Assembly: GCA_018819405.1 (NCBI GenBank)
Contig: JAHJQF010000001.1
Span: forward strand, 449,377-513,376
From: Patescibacteria group bacterium
Lineage (GTDB): Bacteria > Patescibacteriota > Patescibacteriia > UBA1558 > GWA2-36-10
Length of the DNA stretch: 64,000 nt
Direction of reading: 5' to 3'
In this document: positions 19,009 to 29,657 of the stretch, piece by piece
Numbering within the stretch: the stretch's first letter is position 1
Layout of the letters: each line of letters begins with the position of its first letter
Translations under genes and position numbers: made by a program
The notes under the pieces: model-generated
What the model saw: the letters and a program-made list of their open reading frames with translations, nothing else
Database searches by the model: none
What the model was told of the DNA's origin: nothing

Positions 19009-19881
19009 TTACATACTCCTTAGAGCCTTTACTCTTTGCTCAATAGGCGGGTGAGTAGAAAATAATTTGGCCGCCGATCCATCTTTGAAAGGATTGGATA
19101 TATATAAGTGAGCAGTTGCTTTGTTGGCTCTTTTAAGTGGTTTATTTTGTAAATTTATCTTTTCTAGGGCTCTAGCTAGACCTTCTGGGTAGCGGGTCAG
19201 GAGTGATCCAGAGGCATCGGCCAAAAATTCTCGTTTTCTAGAAATTGCCAATTGTATTAATTTGGCAAAAAGAGGAGAGAGTATTGCCAAGACCAGTCCT
19301 ACTATTATTAGGATACCACCGCCTTTGTTTTCTTCACGGCTGTGTCCGCGCCATATAAAACTTCTCAGTAGCCAGTCAGCTAGTAGAGTGATGATACCAA
19401 CACAGATTATAACTACCATCATTAGTCGGATGTCATAATTTTTGACATGCGACATTTCATGGGCGATCACACCTTCTAGTTCTTCATTTTTTAGGCCTTG
19501 TATAATGCCGGTAGTCAAAGCAATAGAGGAGTGCTTTGGATCACGGCCGGTGGCAAAGGCATTCATAGCACTGTCGTTTATAATATATATTTTGGGCATG
19601 GGTATGCCGGCGGTGATGGAAAGATTTTCCACCATGCGCCAGACATAAGGATTGTCATCTTTAGTAATTTCTTTGGCTCCAGCAGTAGAAAGAGCTACTT
19701 TGTCGCCGGCATAAAAGCTAATCATACTAGTCATAATAGCCATTATTGTGGCTAATATTACTACAAAATAACCACCTTCAGAATACTGAGCCCAGACCCA
19801 ACTCAGGCCAAAAATAACCAAAACAAAAATGGTCATAAATAAAAAGCTTTTTCTTTTGTTTGAATCTATTTGTTTATACAT
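19009..19881 (-). CDS. htpX: M48 zinc metalloprotease HtpX
   Basis: NAFATG, HEMSH, SRKREFLAD, STHPP. Confidence 0.95.
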   Translation of the reverse strand: MYKQIDSNKRKSFLFMTIFVLVIFGLSWVWAQYSEGGYFVVILATIMAIMTSMISFYAGDKVALSTAGAKEITKDDNPYVWRMVENLSITAGIPMPKIYIINDSAMNAFATGRDPKHSSIALTTGIIQGLKNEELEGVIAHEMSHVKNYDIRLMMVVIICVGIITLLADWLLRSFIWRGHSREENKGGGILIIVGLVLAILSPLFAKLIQLAISRKREFLADASGSLLTRYPEGLARALEKINLQNKPLKRANKATAHLYISNPFKDGSAAKLFSTHPPIEQRVKALRSM

Positions 19882-19903
19882 TTTTATGAGTTTATTTCAA
19901 CTT

Positions 19904-19933
19904 AATATAACAATATTAACTATGTTTTGTCAA
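19904..19933 (-). promoter_or_regulatory. Putative sigma70 promoter for htpX-clpC
   Basis: TTGACA...TGtTATATT on the minus strand. Confidence 0.5.
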
Positions 19934-19985
19934 TTACAAAACACCTTATTAACTAAAGCATTTTATGGTAATAAATTATTTTGTT

Positions 19986-22900
19986 TTATCTGAGTTTTTC
20001 TGAGTTTGCTTCAGAATGAGGATAGGGGTAGGGTATGCTATAGGGTACGCAAGCACCGGTTAAATAACTACATTTATTACCGCCGGGGCAGCCACAAGTT
20101 TGACAATTATTTATTAGTTCCCCGTCGGCACAATAGAGGGGTTTAGTTGTAGAGCATTGGTTAGGATTAGTGCCATCAGAACATTTGGCGGGTATTTCTA
20201 AAGAAAAAGCATCGTCATTATTATCATAGTTATCCTCTTCATTGTATTTTAAGATGCTTACATAGTATACTTGTTGACCGGCGTCAGGAGTAGTAGTGGC
20301 TGTAAATTGGGCTTGCCTTAAGGCTCCTAGAGAAAAATCTATTTCTTTTATCATAATAGACATTACATCTCCCGGATAGCCATTATAAAATCTTAAAGTA
20401 AAATCATCAGCTGCTACATTTTCCAAGTTTTCTACATCAGCGCTTAGGGTCACTTCATAGTTTGCATTATTAAATACAGCATTCATATTATGAGCGCGCA
20501 AGTCAGGATAATCTATTGCTTCAAAAATATCATAGGCGTTTCGATTGATATTGAGACCGGCAATTGTAGTAGAGGCAGTTATATTAACATCATAATAGCC
20601 AAGGTTAGATGTTTGAGAAAATGTATTGGAGTAAGTACCGTCTCCTTGGTCAATGAGATTTAAGGTATATTGATTGTCTTGGTTATCAATCATTTGAGCT
20701 GTGACATCAGCGCCAGTCAGAGGAGTGGAACTAGCAGTTAAAGTAGCTGAAATTAGTATATCCTGTCCGGGGGCCACTATTGATTCCATAGTTGTTTCTA
20801 GGAGCACATCAGTTTTTACAAAAGTATATATATGATAACTAGCATTAGTAGAACTAGCGGTTAAAGTCCATTCACCAGCTAGAGGATTGTTTATTTGTAA
20901 ATATCTCATAGTACTGGTGGCCTCGGTATTATAGATAGTACTATCCGGTGATTCGATTGTCAGATCAGTATAATCACCATCATAGGACATTAAGAAATAT
21001 ACATAATTTTCATTGTTCAAATTTACAGTATGAGATTTTTGACCAACTACACTATCTTCAATGTAGCTTATTTCCTGGGTGTCTTCAGTAAGGACATCTA
21101 AAGCTTGTTGAGGCTCTGTCAGAGATTTAGCTGAATAGGTTCCTAGTATTATATTAGCTATAAAATCTGCAACACCACTGCGTTTGTAAATTTCCCCATG
21201 ATTATAATATCCCAACACTGGGCCTAAAATATTTGATACACTTGAATTATATATGGCTAAACTATTTGTACTGACTACGCCATCATCATCTGGCCAAATT
21301 ATCTGACTTAGAAAATCACCTTTTGTGCCACCCGCTATAGCATAGGATACTTTACTATTTACATTTTCATAATCATAATCATCGCCTCCATTCAAATCTT
21401 TCATAAAGTTAGTATGAGCATTATACATTTGTTTGGCGGCAGTTGTGTCAGCAAATTTTTCTATATAATTAGGTACTATAAATCCGGGGAGAGCTCTGTC
21501 AATTATGTCACCATCTTGACTCATCCACCTTAATGCGGTAGGCATGCCATGATTTGGTGTGGCTAGCTGGATAAGATATCTGACCTTATTTGTATCAGTA
21601 GTTTGTACATACCAGCGTGATATTAGTCCGCCCATAGAGTAACCTACTATATCAACATATCTAGCATTATGAGTTTTTTTAACATACTCTACATTGTCAG
21701 ATAATTTTTTAGCATATGTTTTTATATTACCTATAGTACATGCGGATTTATTTTCCACAGTACATTGACCAGGAGCATAGTCTAAAGCATATATAGGATG
21801 ATCATTAGAATCTAATCTATCATCTAGTAAAGTCATCAGTGGTCCTATATCTTCCCAATCTTGTGTATAGCCATGTACAAGTATTATTGGCACTGTGCAA
21901 CTATATTGGCAACTTCCGCCGCAGTCTACACCGGTTTCATCGCCGTTTTGTACGCCATCATTACAAGTCGCTACAGGATCTTGTAGATCGTTCTGATACC
22001 AAGCAAAAGTACTGCCGTCAGATGATATAGCCAAAATATCTATATCGTCATCACTATCCATATTGGCGATATACGTAGCTTTAAAACCACCAATTACAAT
22101 ATTTTCGGTAAAGTTTTGGCTGCCATCGTTTCTATACCAGGATATTTCATTGTTAGTGTCATAGGCTTTTACAAGGTCTATATGTTGATCCCCATCTATA
22201 TCAGCGGCGTATATGGAATTGGCATAATTGGAGTTACTTATTGAGTGTATAGTAAAATTTTGACTGCCATCGTTTTCATACCAATAAATACCGCTGGGAA
22301 CTCTAGCAGTTATAATATCAGCATCATTATCATTGTCCAGGTCAGTAATATAAAGGCCTCTGGTAAATCCATTAGATGCTATGCTGTGCGGAGTAAAATG
22401 TTGACTACCATCGTTTTCGTACCAATAAATAGCTCCATCATAATTTGCTGTTATTGCTGTTAAATCTAAGTCACCATCTCCATCTATGTCTACGGGAAAT
22501 ATGTTAATAATTTTTGTTGCTGAAGGTATTGAGTGCCTGGTAAAATGTTGGCTACCATCATTTTCATACCAATAAATATTAGCAACAGTTGCAACACCAG
22601 CTATTATATCCATATCACCATCTCCATCTATGTCTTCGGCTCGTACTACTTCGCCATAATTGTAACTATTATCAAGACCGTGGTGAATAAAATTTTCATT
22701 GCCATCATTTTCGTGCCATAGCAAACCATATCTATGTATAGTTAGGATATCTATATCCCCATCATTATCTATATCTTCAGTATAAAGGTCATTTATATGA
22801 TCAGCAAGATAAATAAAATGTGGGGTAAAGTTGTTATGACCGTCGTTTTTGTACCAAGTTAAAGTAGTGCCGCCCAAAATGGTAGTCAGGACATCCATAT

Positions 22901-23096
22901 CTGTGTCATTATCCATATCTACAGCTATAGAACGTTCAGCACCAACAGCTACATTAGTTATTATTTCCTGAGTAAAACCAATAATATTAGTTTCGGCAGT
23001 AACTTTATTTGATTTGATAAATAAAAAAATACCCGCCGAAGCTATAATAATCAAAATAGCTATTTTAGGCAGGTGGTCAATGATTTTTTTTGCCAT
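19986..23096 (-). CDS. Secreted FG-GAP/VCBS-repeat protein with alpha/beta-hydrolase (lipase-like) and Ig-like domains
   Basis: About seven DxDxDGDxD..WYENDG repeats; TCNDGVQNGDETGVDCGGSC; ILVHGY; GYSMGG nucleophile elbow; TPNHG; DGVV; YNHG. Confidence 0.88.
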   Translation of the reverse strand: MAKKIIDHLPKIAILIIIASAGIFLFIKSNKVTAETNIIGFTQEIITNVAVGAERSIAVDMDNDTDMDVLTTILGGTTLTWYKNDGHNNFTPHFIYLADHINDLYTEDIDNDGDIDILTIHRYGLLWHENDGNENFIHHGLDNSYNYGEVVRAEDIDGDGDMDIIAGVATVANIYWYENDGSQHFTRHSIPSATKIINIFPVDIDGDGDLDLTAITANYDGAIYWYENDGSQHFTPHSIASNGFTRGLYITDLDNDNDADIITARVPSGIYWYENDGSQNFTIHSISNSNYANSIYAADIDGDQHIDLVKAYDTNNEISWYRNDGSQNFTENIVIGGFKATYIANMDSDDDIDILAISSDGSTFAWYQNDLQDPVATCNDGVQNGDETGVDCGGSCQYSCTVPIILVHGYTQDWEDIGPLMTLLDDRLDSNDHPIYALDYAPGQCTVENKSACTIGNIKTYAKKLSDNVEYVKKTHNARYVDIVGYSMGGLISRWYVQTTDTNKVRYLIQLATPNHGMPTALRWMSQDGDIIDRALPGFIVPNYIEKFADTTAAKQMYNAHTNFMKDLNGGDDYDYENVNSKVSYAIAGGTKGDFLSQIIWPDDDGVVSTNSLAIYNSSVSNILGPVLGYYNHGEIYKRSGVADFIANIILGTYSAKSLTEPQQALDVLTEDTQEISYIEDSVVGQKSHTVNLNNENYVYFLMSYDGDYTDLTIESPDSTIYNTEATSTMRYLQINNPLAGEWTLTASSTNASYHIYTFVKTDVLLETTMESIVAPGQDILISATLTASSTPLTGADVTAQMIDNQDNQYTLNLIDQGDGTYSNTFSQTSNLGYYDVNITASTTIAGLNINRNAYDIFEAIDYPDLRAHNMNAVFNNANYEVTLSADVENLENVAADDFTLRFYNGYPGDVMSIMIKEIDFSLGALRQAQFTATTTPDAGQQVYYVSILKYNEEDNYDNNDDAFSLEIPAKCSDGTNPNQCSTTKPLYCADGELINNCQTCGCPGGNKCSYLTGACVPYSIPYPYPHSEANSEKLR

Positions 23097-23166
23097 GTTA
23101 TTAGTATAATTTTTAGTTAGTTTGATTAAAAATTATACTAATATTAGTGTTTTGTCAATAATAAAA

Positions 23167-23197
23167 AACAACCTTCGAGGTTACCTCGAAGGTTGTT
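23167..23197. repeat. REP doublet related to 7459-7488
   Basis: aac-aaccttcgaggtt-acctcgaaggtt-gtt. Confidence 0.88.
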
Positions 23198-23207
23198 AGA
23201 GTTTAAC

Positions 23208-23765
23208 TTAAAATTTTACCTGTACGTTTTCTCTTTCTTTTTCATCACCAATGGCAAAAAATTCCCAGGCAGTAAATTTTAGCATGCCAGCAATCAAGTT
23301 GTTTGGGAAGATTTCTATCTTGGTATTAAAGTCTCGAACCTGACCGTTGTAAAAGCGGCGAGAAGCTTGGATTTTGTTTTCGGTATCAGATATTTCGTCC
23401 TGAAGCTGCAAAAAGTTTTGTGAAGCTTTTAGATCAGGGTAATTTTCTGCTACTGCAAATAGACTTTTTAGGGTGTCTGAGAGCATATTTTCTGCCTTAC
23501 CCTTTTCTTCAATGCCATTGGCCTTCATGGCACTGGCTCTAGCTTCGGTGACTTTGGTTAGCACACCTTCTTCGTGTTTCATGTAGCCTTTGACGGTCTC
23601 CATTAGATTGGGGATTAGGTCATAGCGGCGTTTTAGCTGTACATCAATGTCTGACCAGGCTTCTTTGACCCTGTTTCGGAGCCTAATCAGGCTATTGTAT
23701 ACACCAACCAGCCACAAAGCGACCAATATGACTACTACTAATATTACAATTAGCACTGTATCCAT
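23208..23765 (-). CDS. lemA: LemA family protein
   Basis: YNSL...[34 protein letters not shown]; ATG at 23765 preferred. Confidence 0.96.
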   Translation of the reverse strand: MDTVLIVILVVVILVALWLVGVYNSLIRLRNRVKEAWSDIDVQLKRRYDLIPNLMETVKGYMKHEEGVLTKVTEARASAMKANGIEEKGKAENMLSDTLKSLFAVAENYPDLKASQNFLQLQDEISDTENKIQASRRFYNGQVRDFNTKIEIFPNNLIAGMLKFTAWEFFAIGDEKERENVQVKF

Positions 23766-23903
23766 AGTTTTATTTTTAATACTTAATTTAGATAATATAA
23801 TTTTACTAAATAGCCGGGTTTTTAGCAAATCTCAAAATTTCTACCATATTTTTGTAAAATATGTTATAATAAATTAGTTAAAATAAAAATAATTTTTAAA
23901 AGT

Positions 23904-26027
23904 ATGTTTAAAAGAATAAATAACTGGCATTTGTCAGTTTTGGTAGTGATAGTCTCGTTTTTAAGTGTCCTTTTTATAAATAAATATGTCCAAGCTCAAT
24001 GGGTTGATCCGATTGGCCTGCCTGGTGAGACACCAGACTTCCGGTTGGTAGTCAATCCTTTGGCAGAAGATCTCCAGATGGGGGACTATAGCATTATTGG
24101 TCAGAATATTGAGCTAAATCCTACTGGTTCTATTGGTAGTACAGCTATCAATGTAAAAAATGGCAGTCAGATTTGTTTTAATGGTACTGATTGTGCCTCT
24201 GCCTGGCCAACTGGTGGCGGGCTTGCTGATAATCTTGGTGACCATGTGGCTGATATGAATATTATTCTTGGCAATTGGTATCTTAGCGGTGACGGAGGCA
24301 GTGAAGGTATACGTGTTTTAGCCAATGGCAATGTTGTTGCCACCAACTATGTAGGTATAGGCACCGGCACTCCAAACAAACAACTGCATATCAAAACTCC
24401 AGCTGGTAGCAATGCGGAAATTGATATCCAAAGCGGAACAGATCCTGACTGGTGGGCAATTTATCAGGATGACGGAACTAATGATTTGCGTCTATGGTTT
24501 GGCAATACCACGGCTGGCGCTAATAAAGTAACTTTTGACGATAATGGCAATGTTGGTATTGGTACTATCAGTCCTTCGGCCAAATTGGAAGTGGTTGGTG
24601 ACTTGGAAATAGGCAGTTTAGAAGACAACAATGGCGTTAATTTCTTTGGTGATTGTACTTCTGGTAATTATATTCAAGCTATTGCCGCTGATGGAACACT
24701 GACTTGTGCTGCAGATCAGTTGGGCACAGGAGGTACAGTTGATGAACCAACAGTTGAAGGATATATTTTTGACAATGATGTAGAAACAGTACCGGGAGTT
24801 TGGACAATTACTGGCAATTGGACTTATAATACTCGGCCAGCTTTTAATGGCGGCACTACAGGCGCCAGTTCTCCTTTTTCCGTTGATTCCACTTATGTAG
24901 TAACAAATTTAAATGCAGATTTGTTGGATGGACAGCAAGCTACTGTCTTTCAAGATGATATTGGCATAGATTGTAGTCTTAACAATTATGTCTATGGTGT
25001 AAATGATGACGGTTCACTGAAATGTCGTTTGGATCAAAGTGGTAGTGGCAGTTTGTGGACACTTAGTGGTGCAAATATTTATCGTAATTCTGGCAATGTC
25101 GGCATAGGGGATACTACACCTTTATCACTACTTACGGTTGGTAGTGGCGATCTTTTTCAGGTCAATTCAACTGGTGATTTAGTCAAAATAAAAAATGTTA
25201 CTTATTCTTGGCCAAGTTCTCAAGGAGTAGCCAATACTTATCTACAAAATAATGGTTCAGGTGGCTTGACCTGGGCTACGGTAACGGCTGGAGGAGGCGA
25301 CGATCTTGGTAATCATACTGCTACGGAAAATATTAAGCTTAATGGCAATTATCTTAGTGGTGATGGTGGCTCGGAGGGTATTTTGGTAGCAAATGATGGC
25401 CAAGTGGTTATTATGAGTAATTCTCCTACAGGAGAGGGGCTTTTGGCAAACGGAGCTATAAGTATTGGTAAAAATACTTCAGAGGTAGCCATAAAAATTG
25501 GCTCAACAGAAGCTTTGTGGCACGGAGGGGCAACAAATAGATTTTCTTGGGGTTATGGGGGCACTTCAAATTATTTTGCTGATAGGATAGGAATAGGTAT
25601 ACAGCCAGATGATACTTCAGTGATGCTCAATGTTACTGGTAATACACTGACTACTGGCAAGGCCTTTACCACTGGTGCAAATATTGCTGGTTCAGGCAGT
25701 TTTAATAACGGTTTTGTTACTTGTGGTAGTATTTCAAATATAACTGACGGGGAATTTGACTGTGTAAACCCTCTTATTAAAACAGGTAATAATTTAACTG
25801 GTTTGTATAGTCCAGGTGAATCTAGCACTGGACTAAAAGTGGCAACAGCCGAGGCGATTTGTTGGGCCTTGGGCTCTCCGGGCACTCCTTGGAATTCCGC
25901 CTATACTTATTTGGTAAGTAGTGGTAATTATTATACATATTTTGATGATGGATTCGCGAGTAATCCGGCAAGATTCTATTTGAATACTTTTCCTTACAGA
26001 ATCACTTCAGTAACCTGTGCTAGATAA
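23904..26027 (+). CDS. Secreted fibre-like surface protein with GNVGIGT repeats
   Basis: Signal peptide, several (G)NVGIG motifs, duplicated DxLGxH.A..NI.L...YLSGDGGSEGI block, VTNLNADLLDG. Confidence 0.75.
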   Translation: MFKRINNWHLSVLVVIVSFLSVLFINKYVQAQWVDPIGLPGETPDFRLVVNPLAEDLQMGDYSIIGQNIELNPTGSIGSTAINVKNGSQICFNGTDCASAWPTGGGLADNLGDHVADMNIILGNWYLSGDGGSEGIRVLANGNVVATNYVGIGTGTPNKQLHIKTPAGSNAEIDIQSGTDPDWWAIYQDDGTNDLRLWFGNTTAGANKVTFDDNGNVGIGTISPSAKLEVVGDLEIGSLEDNNGVNFFGDCTSGNYIQAIAADGTLTCAADQLGTGGTVDEPTVEGYIFDNDVETVPGVWTITGNWTYNTRPAFNGGTTGASSPFSVDSTYVVTNLNADLLDGQQATVFQDDIGIDCSLNNYVYGVNDDGSLKCRLDQSGSGSLWTLSGANIYRNSGNVGIGDTTPLSLLTVGSGDLFQVNSTGDLVKIKNVTYSWPSSQGVANTYLQNNGSGGLTWATVTAGGGDDLGNHTATENIKLNGNYLSGDGGSEGILVANDGQVVIMSNSPTGEGLLANGAISIGKNTSEVAIKIGSTEALWHGGATNRFSWGYGGTSNYFADRIGIGIQPDDTSVMLNVTGNTLTTGKAFTTGANIAGSGSFNNGFVTCGSISNITDGEFDCVNPLIKTGNNLTGLYSPGESSTGLKVATAEAICWALGSPGTPWNSAYTYLVSSGNYYTYFDDGFASNPARFYLNTFPYRITSVTCAR

Positions 26028-26078
26028 ATTATTTAAATAAAAATATTTCCTTTACTATTCTATAATATTATTTTTTAA

Positions 26079-26111
26079 AAAAACAACCACGTCAATGACG
26101 AGGTTGTTTTT
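26079..26111 (+). terminator. Intrinsic terminator / REP-like hairpin
   Basis: aaaacaacc-a-cgtca-a-tgacg-a-ggttgttttt. Confidence 0.6.
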
Positions 26112-26177
26112 GTTTTTAATAAATATTGTTTTGTGTTATAATATATTAATAATTTAGAAAATATTAATTATAAAGTT

Positions 26178-27377
26178 ATGTTTAAAAAAACAAATAACTG
26201 GCACATTTCAATTTTGGTAATAATAGTGTCAGTTTTAAGTATTTCTTTGGTGCAAAAATATGTTTTTGCTCAATGGCAGGAGCCCAACACCTTACCAGGG
26301 ACGTCGGTTTCTAGAAATATAGTGGTCAGCCCTATGACTTCATCTCTCGATCTCAATGGTCAGACTTTGACAGGAGAAAAAGTTACTATTGATTCGGCTG
26401 GTAGTACAGCAATAAATGTTAAAAACAGTCAGATTTGTTTTGATACTACTGATTGTGCCTCTGCCTGGCCAACGGGTGTGGATACCGATTGGACTGAATC
26501 AGGAGGAAATGTCTATAGAACAAGTGGTAGAGTAGGAGTGGGCACAGTTAGTCCGGCACAGCTTTTGCACGTATCAGGGGGCAATATTTTATTGGACAAT
26601 AACCAAAGTTTGAAACAACTCAGTTCAAGTGGCTCTGAATATAGCATCATATATTTGGATAGTTCTGATGGGCTCAATTTAGCTGGTAATGACCTCAAGG
26701 TAAAAGATTTGAGTGGAAATTCCATGTTATATATTGATGATATGGGCACGGTCGCTTATGTTGGTATTGGTACTGATGCTCCAAATAAAAATTTGCATAT
26801 ATTTTCTGAAGGAGCAAACTCTGAGATTGACATCCAAAGCGGCAGCGGTTTGACCCATTGGGGTATTTATCAGGATTCGGCCACGTCTGATTTGAATTTT
26901 TGGAATACTGACAATAGAGTAGTTTTTTCTGACTCGGGTTATGTTGGAATTGGAGTGTCTATACCAGCTCATCAATTGCATATTGAATCTGTAGATCAAA
27001 ATGCTGTTTATGCCAAGACTGCTACGGTTGGAAAATATGCTGTGTATGGAGAAAATACGGCTGACAATGGCGTTGGTATGTATTCCTTAGGTGATATTGC
27101 TTTTATGGCTACATCCAACAGGTCGGGCGGTATGGCCATTTTAGCTTCAAAGGGTTCTGGTGCTTATGCTGGTTATTTTGATGGTACAGTAAAGGTGACT
27201 AATGGTTATTTTCAGTTTCCGGTAGTGTCGGCAGATCCACCGGATAGTGATTGCGGTAGTGTGTTGGATAGAGGAAAGGCGGTATTCAATTCTGAGACTG
27301 GTCAATTGGTAATTTGTAATTTTCACAAAAATGTTACTCCGGTTTGGGATCGCTATGAAAGCGCTGCTTCATTGTAG
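26178..27377 (+). CDS. Paralogous secreted fibre-like protein
   Basis: N-terminus paralogous to 23904 (MFK..NNWH.S...AQW..P); shared QICF..TDCASAWPTG; VGIG repeats. Confidence 0.75.
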   Translation: MFKKTNNWHISILVIIVSVLSISLVQKYVFAQWQEPNTLPGTSVSRNIVVSPMTSSLDLNGQTLTGEKVTIDSAGSTAINVKNSQICFDTTDCASAWPTGVDTDWTESGGNVYRTSGRVGVGTVSPAQLLHVSGGNILLDNNQSLKQLSSSGSEYSIIYLDSSDGLNLAGNDLKVKDLSGNSMLYIDDMGTVAYVGIGTDAPNKNLHIFSEGANSEIDIQSGSGLTHWGIYQDSATSDLNFWNTDNRVVFSDSGYVGIGVSIPAHQLHIESVDQNAVYAKTATVGKYAVYGENTADNGVGMYSLGDIAFMATSNRSGGMAILASKGSGAYAGYFDGTVKVTNGYFQFPVVSADPPDSDCGSVLDRGKAVFNSETGQLVICNFHKNVTPVWDRYESAASL

Positions 27378-27421
27378 TTTTTTATAAATGGTTAATTTAA
27401 TTTTTATTTTTTTAGATATTA

Positions 27422-29575
27422 ATGAAATCTGATTTTCATTTCCATTTTTATAGTCGTATTGCTATTATGGCTGTTTTTGCCTTTGCCTTGGTATTTATGC
27501 AAAGATCGGTTGAAACTACGGCTTTGGAGTCTGCTTATGATATCAATGGTTGGGCTTGGTCAGAGGCAGCTGGTTGGCTTAGTTTGGATTGTCTAAATGA
27601 CACTGATGGTGACGGACAGCCAAATGATCAGTGTGTGGCTGGTGGCAATCCATATGATTGGGGTCTTGATATTGTAAATATTAATAATGATTCTCACGTG
27701 CAAGGTTGTGCTTACGCTGGTACATCATTAAGTAACGGAGCTGATCCTTTGGGTTGGGTTTGTTTTTCTAGATTAGGGGGAAACGAGGCGCTTATAGATG
27801 GTGTGCCAACTAGTTCTGATCCAGCTTTACCAAACGCTCTAGATCCCAGCTCTTATGCCAGTATTTTGACTCAGGAGCCTTTGGGCAATCAAGCTTGGAA
27901 GCTTGGTTTTCCTATTGCCAATGAGATTGGTGATAGTAGTGATGATATTGATTATCCCAGTAGCTCCAATCCACTGGAAGGGTGCTTTAATTGCTATGAA
28001 GAGTATTTGTATGAGTGTGCTGTCACTGGGCAAGCTTGTGATCCGTTGATAGGTTGCCCTCCTGCTGCTGGCGTTCCTCAGGCTTGTGTAGTATCTGGTA
28101 TCAACCAAAATTGCGACAACTGCATGGAATATTTTTATTATTTGGGTAGGTGTGATACCACAGATTCTATACAGTGTCGCAACGATGATGAGTGTCCAAC
28201 AGGCGAGAGCTGTCAGCCTATTAGTACTTGTAGTATGGCTGTAGATACAGAATGTGTTAGTGATACTCCTGATTGTGGAGATTTGACTGAAATTTGCAAT
28301 GCTGGAATTTGCAGCAATAATCAATATATAGGTTGTACAGATGATTCAGACTGTTATAGTTTTTGTGTAGAGCGTGAAATAGGTAGTTTGAAAAAAGTAG
28401 TGGGTGGCTATACTTGCAGTAGCTGTACTATAGAAAATTACGCTAATGTCTGTGGCACCAACGCTTATCAGGGCAATATCAATCGTTGTGATTCGTGCGC
28501 GGCAGTTTACTATACACCAGGGGTAGTACTTGATCATCAGCATTACGCTTTGGACCCTAGTACTGAAGCTAAGATGTGTGGTTGGGCTTGGAACGGTTGG
28601 ACAGACGGAATAAATAATTATGGTCTTGGTTGGTTCCAATTTGGCCCTCGGGTAGTGACCAGTACTAGGCCATATATTTCTTCAGAAGGCGGTGATATTT
28701 ACTCCAAAGGAAATATTAAAGCTAGGTACACTCCGCCATTTGGTAAATATAATGCTTCATATCTTATTGAATCAGGTGGAACAATTACCAATTTTATAAG
28801 TTCCAGTACCTTGAGTGTATTTTATCAGGGCGAGTTGCCTTATAGGCCGGCAATTAATTTCTTTTCTTGGTCAGACACTAATTCAAAATACACTAATGTC
28901 CTAGGTTCTTTGGATTATACTGGCATTATTACAGGTGTGGGAAGTATTCCTTACAACAAATTTGGTTCTCTTATTATAGATATTGACGGTTCTACCCCTG
29001 CAAATTTTATAAATTATTTTAATAGTGCGTTAAATGGCTCAGTCTTGTATCTTGGTAATAGTAATAGCTTTACTTTACCAGTTGGCTCTGATTTGGTAGT
29101 TCAACCTGGGTTAGTCAATGCCAATGGCTCTGGTGTTGTGGTAGTAGATGGTGATTTGACTATAAATAGAAACGTTGTATATGGCACTGGTACTTATGCA
29201 AATTTGAAACAAATACCCTCCTTGGTCTGGATTGTCAGAGGTGATATTTATATAAGTTCCCAAGTAGATAAGTTGGCCGGTACATTTATTGTGTTGGGGG
29301 ATAGTGACAGGGCGGCTGATTGTAGTGCTTTAGACACTGGTTGTGGTCAATTTGTAACTTGTCAGGAAAAAGATGCAAGTTGTAGGGATTATTCTTTATC
29401 TATAAAGGGTAATGTTTTAGCTAGATATTTTGATTTATCAAGGACTTTTATAGATGCTGGGACTAAGGAGCCGGCTGAAAAATTTATCAATGATGGTCGT
29501 TTACAAGTCAATCCGCCACCTGGTTTTGTGGACTTTAGTAAGCTTATCCCCAGATTTAGTGAAAATCCAGATTAG
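27422..29575 (+). CDS. Secreted Cys-rich surface protein with GWAW repeats
   Basis: GWAWSE..GWLS, GWAWN...GWFQF, many Cys motifs, C-terminal beta-helix-like VxGDL region. Confidence 0.75.
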   Translation: MKSDFHFHFYSRIAIMAVFAFALVFMQRSVETTALESAYDINGWAWSEAAGWLSLDCLNDTDGDGQPNDQCVAGGNPYDWGLDIVNINNDSHVQGCAYAGTSLSNGADPLGWVCFSRLGGNEALIDGVPTSSDPALPNALDPSSYASILTQEPLGNQAWKLGFPIANEIGDSSDDIDYPSSSNPLEGCFNCYEEYLYECAVTGQACDPLIGCPPAAGVPQACVVSGINQNCDNCMEYFYYLGRCDTTDSIQCRNDDECPTGESCQPISTCSMAVDTECVSDTPDCGDLTEICNAGICSNNQYIGCTDDSDCYSFCVEREIGSLKKVVGGYTCSSCTIENYANVCGTNAYQGNINRCDSCAAVYYTPGVVLDHQHYALDPSTEAKMCGWAWNGWTDGINNYGLGWFQFGPRVVTSTRPYISSEGGDIYSKGNIKARYTPPFGKYNASYLIESGGTITNFISSSTLSVFYQGELPYRPAINFFSWSDTNSKYTNVLGSLDYTGIITGVGSIPYNKFGSLIIDIDGSTPANFINYFNSALNGSVLYLGNSNSFTLPVGSDLVVQPGLVNANGSGVVVVDGDLTINRNVVYGTGTYANLKQIPSLVWIVRGDIYISSQVDKLAGTFIVLGDSDRAADCSALDTGCGQFVTCQEKDASCRDYSLSIKGNVLARYFDLSRTFIDAGTKEPAEKFINDGRLQVNPPPGFVDFSKLIPRFSENPD

Positions 29576-29657
29576 TTTCTTGGATTTACTAGCTAAAATA
29601 TGTTATAATAATATAGAAATTTGGATAAAATTTTAATAAAAAATATAGACAAAAAGT

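Noticed and set aside
23904-27377. Prophage tail genes
   Set aside because: The proteins have signal peptides and no other phage genes are nearby.
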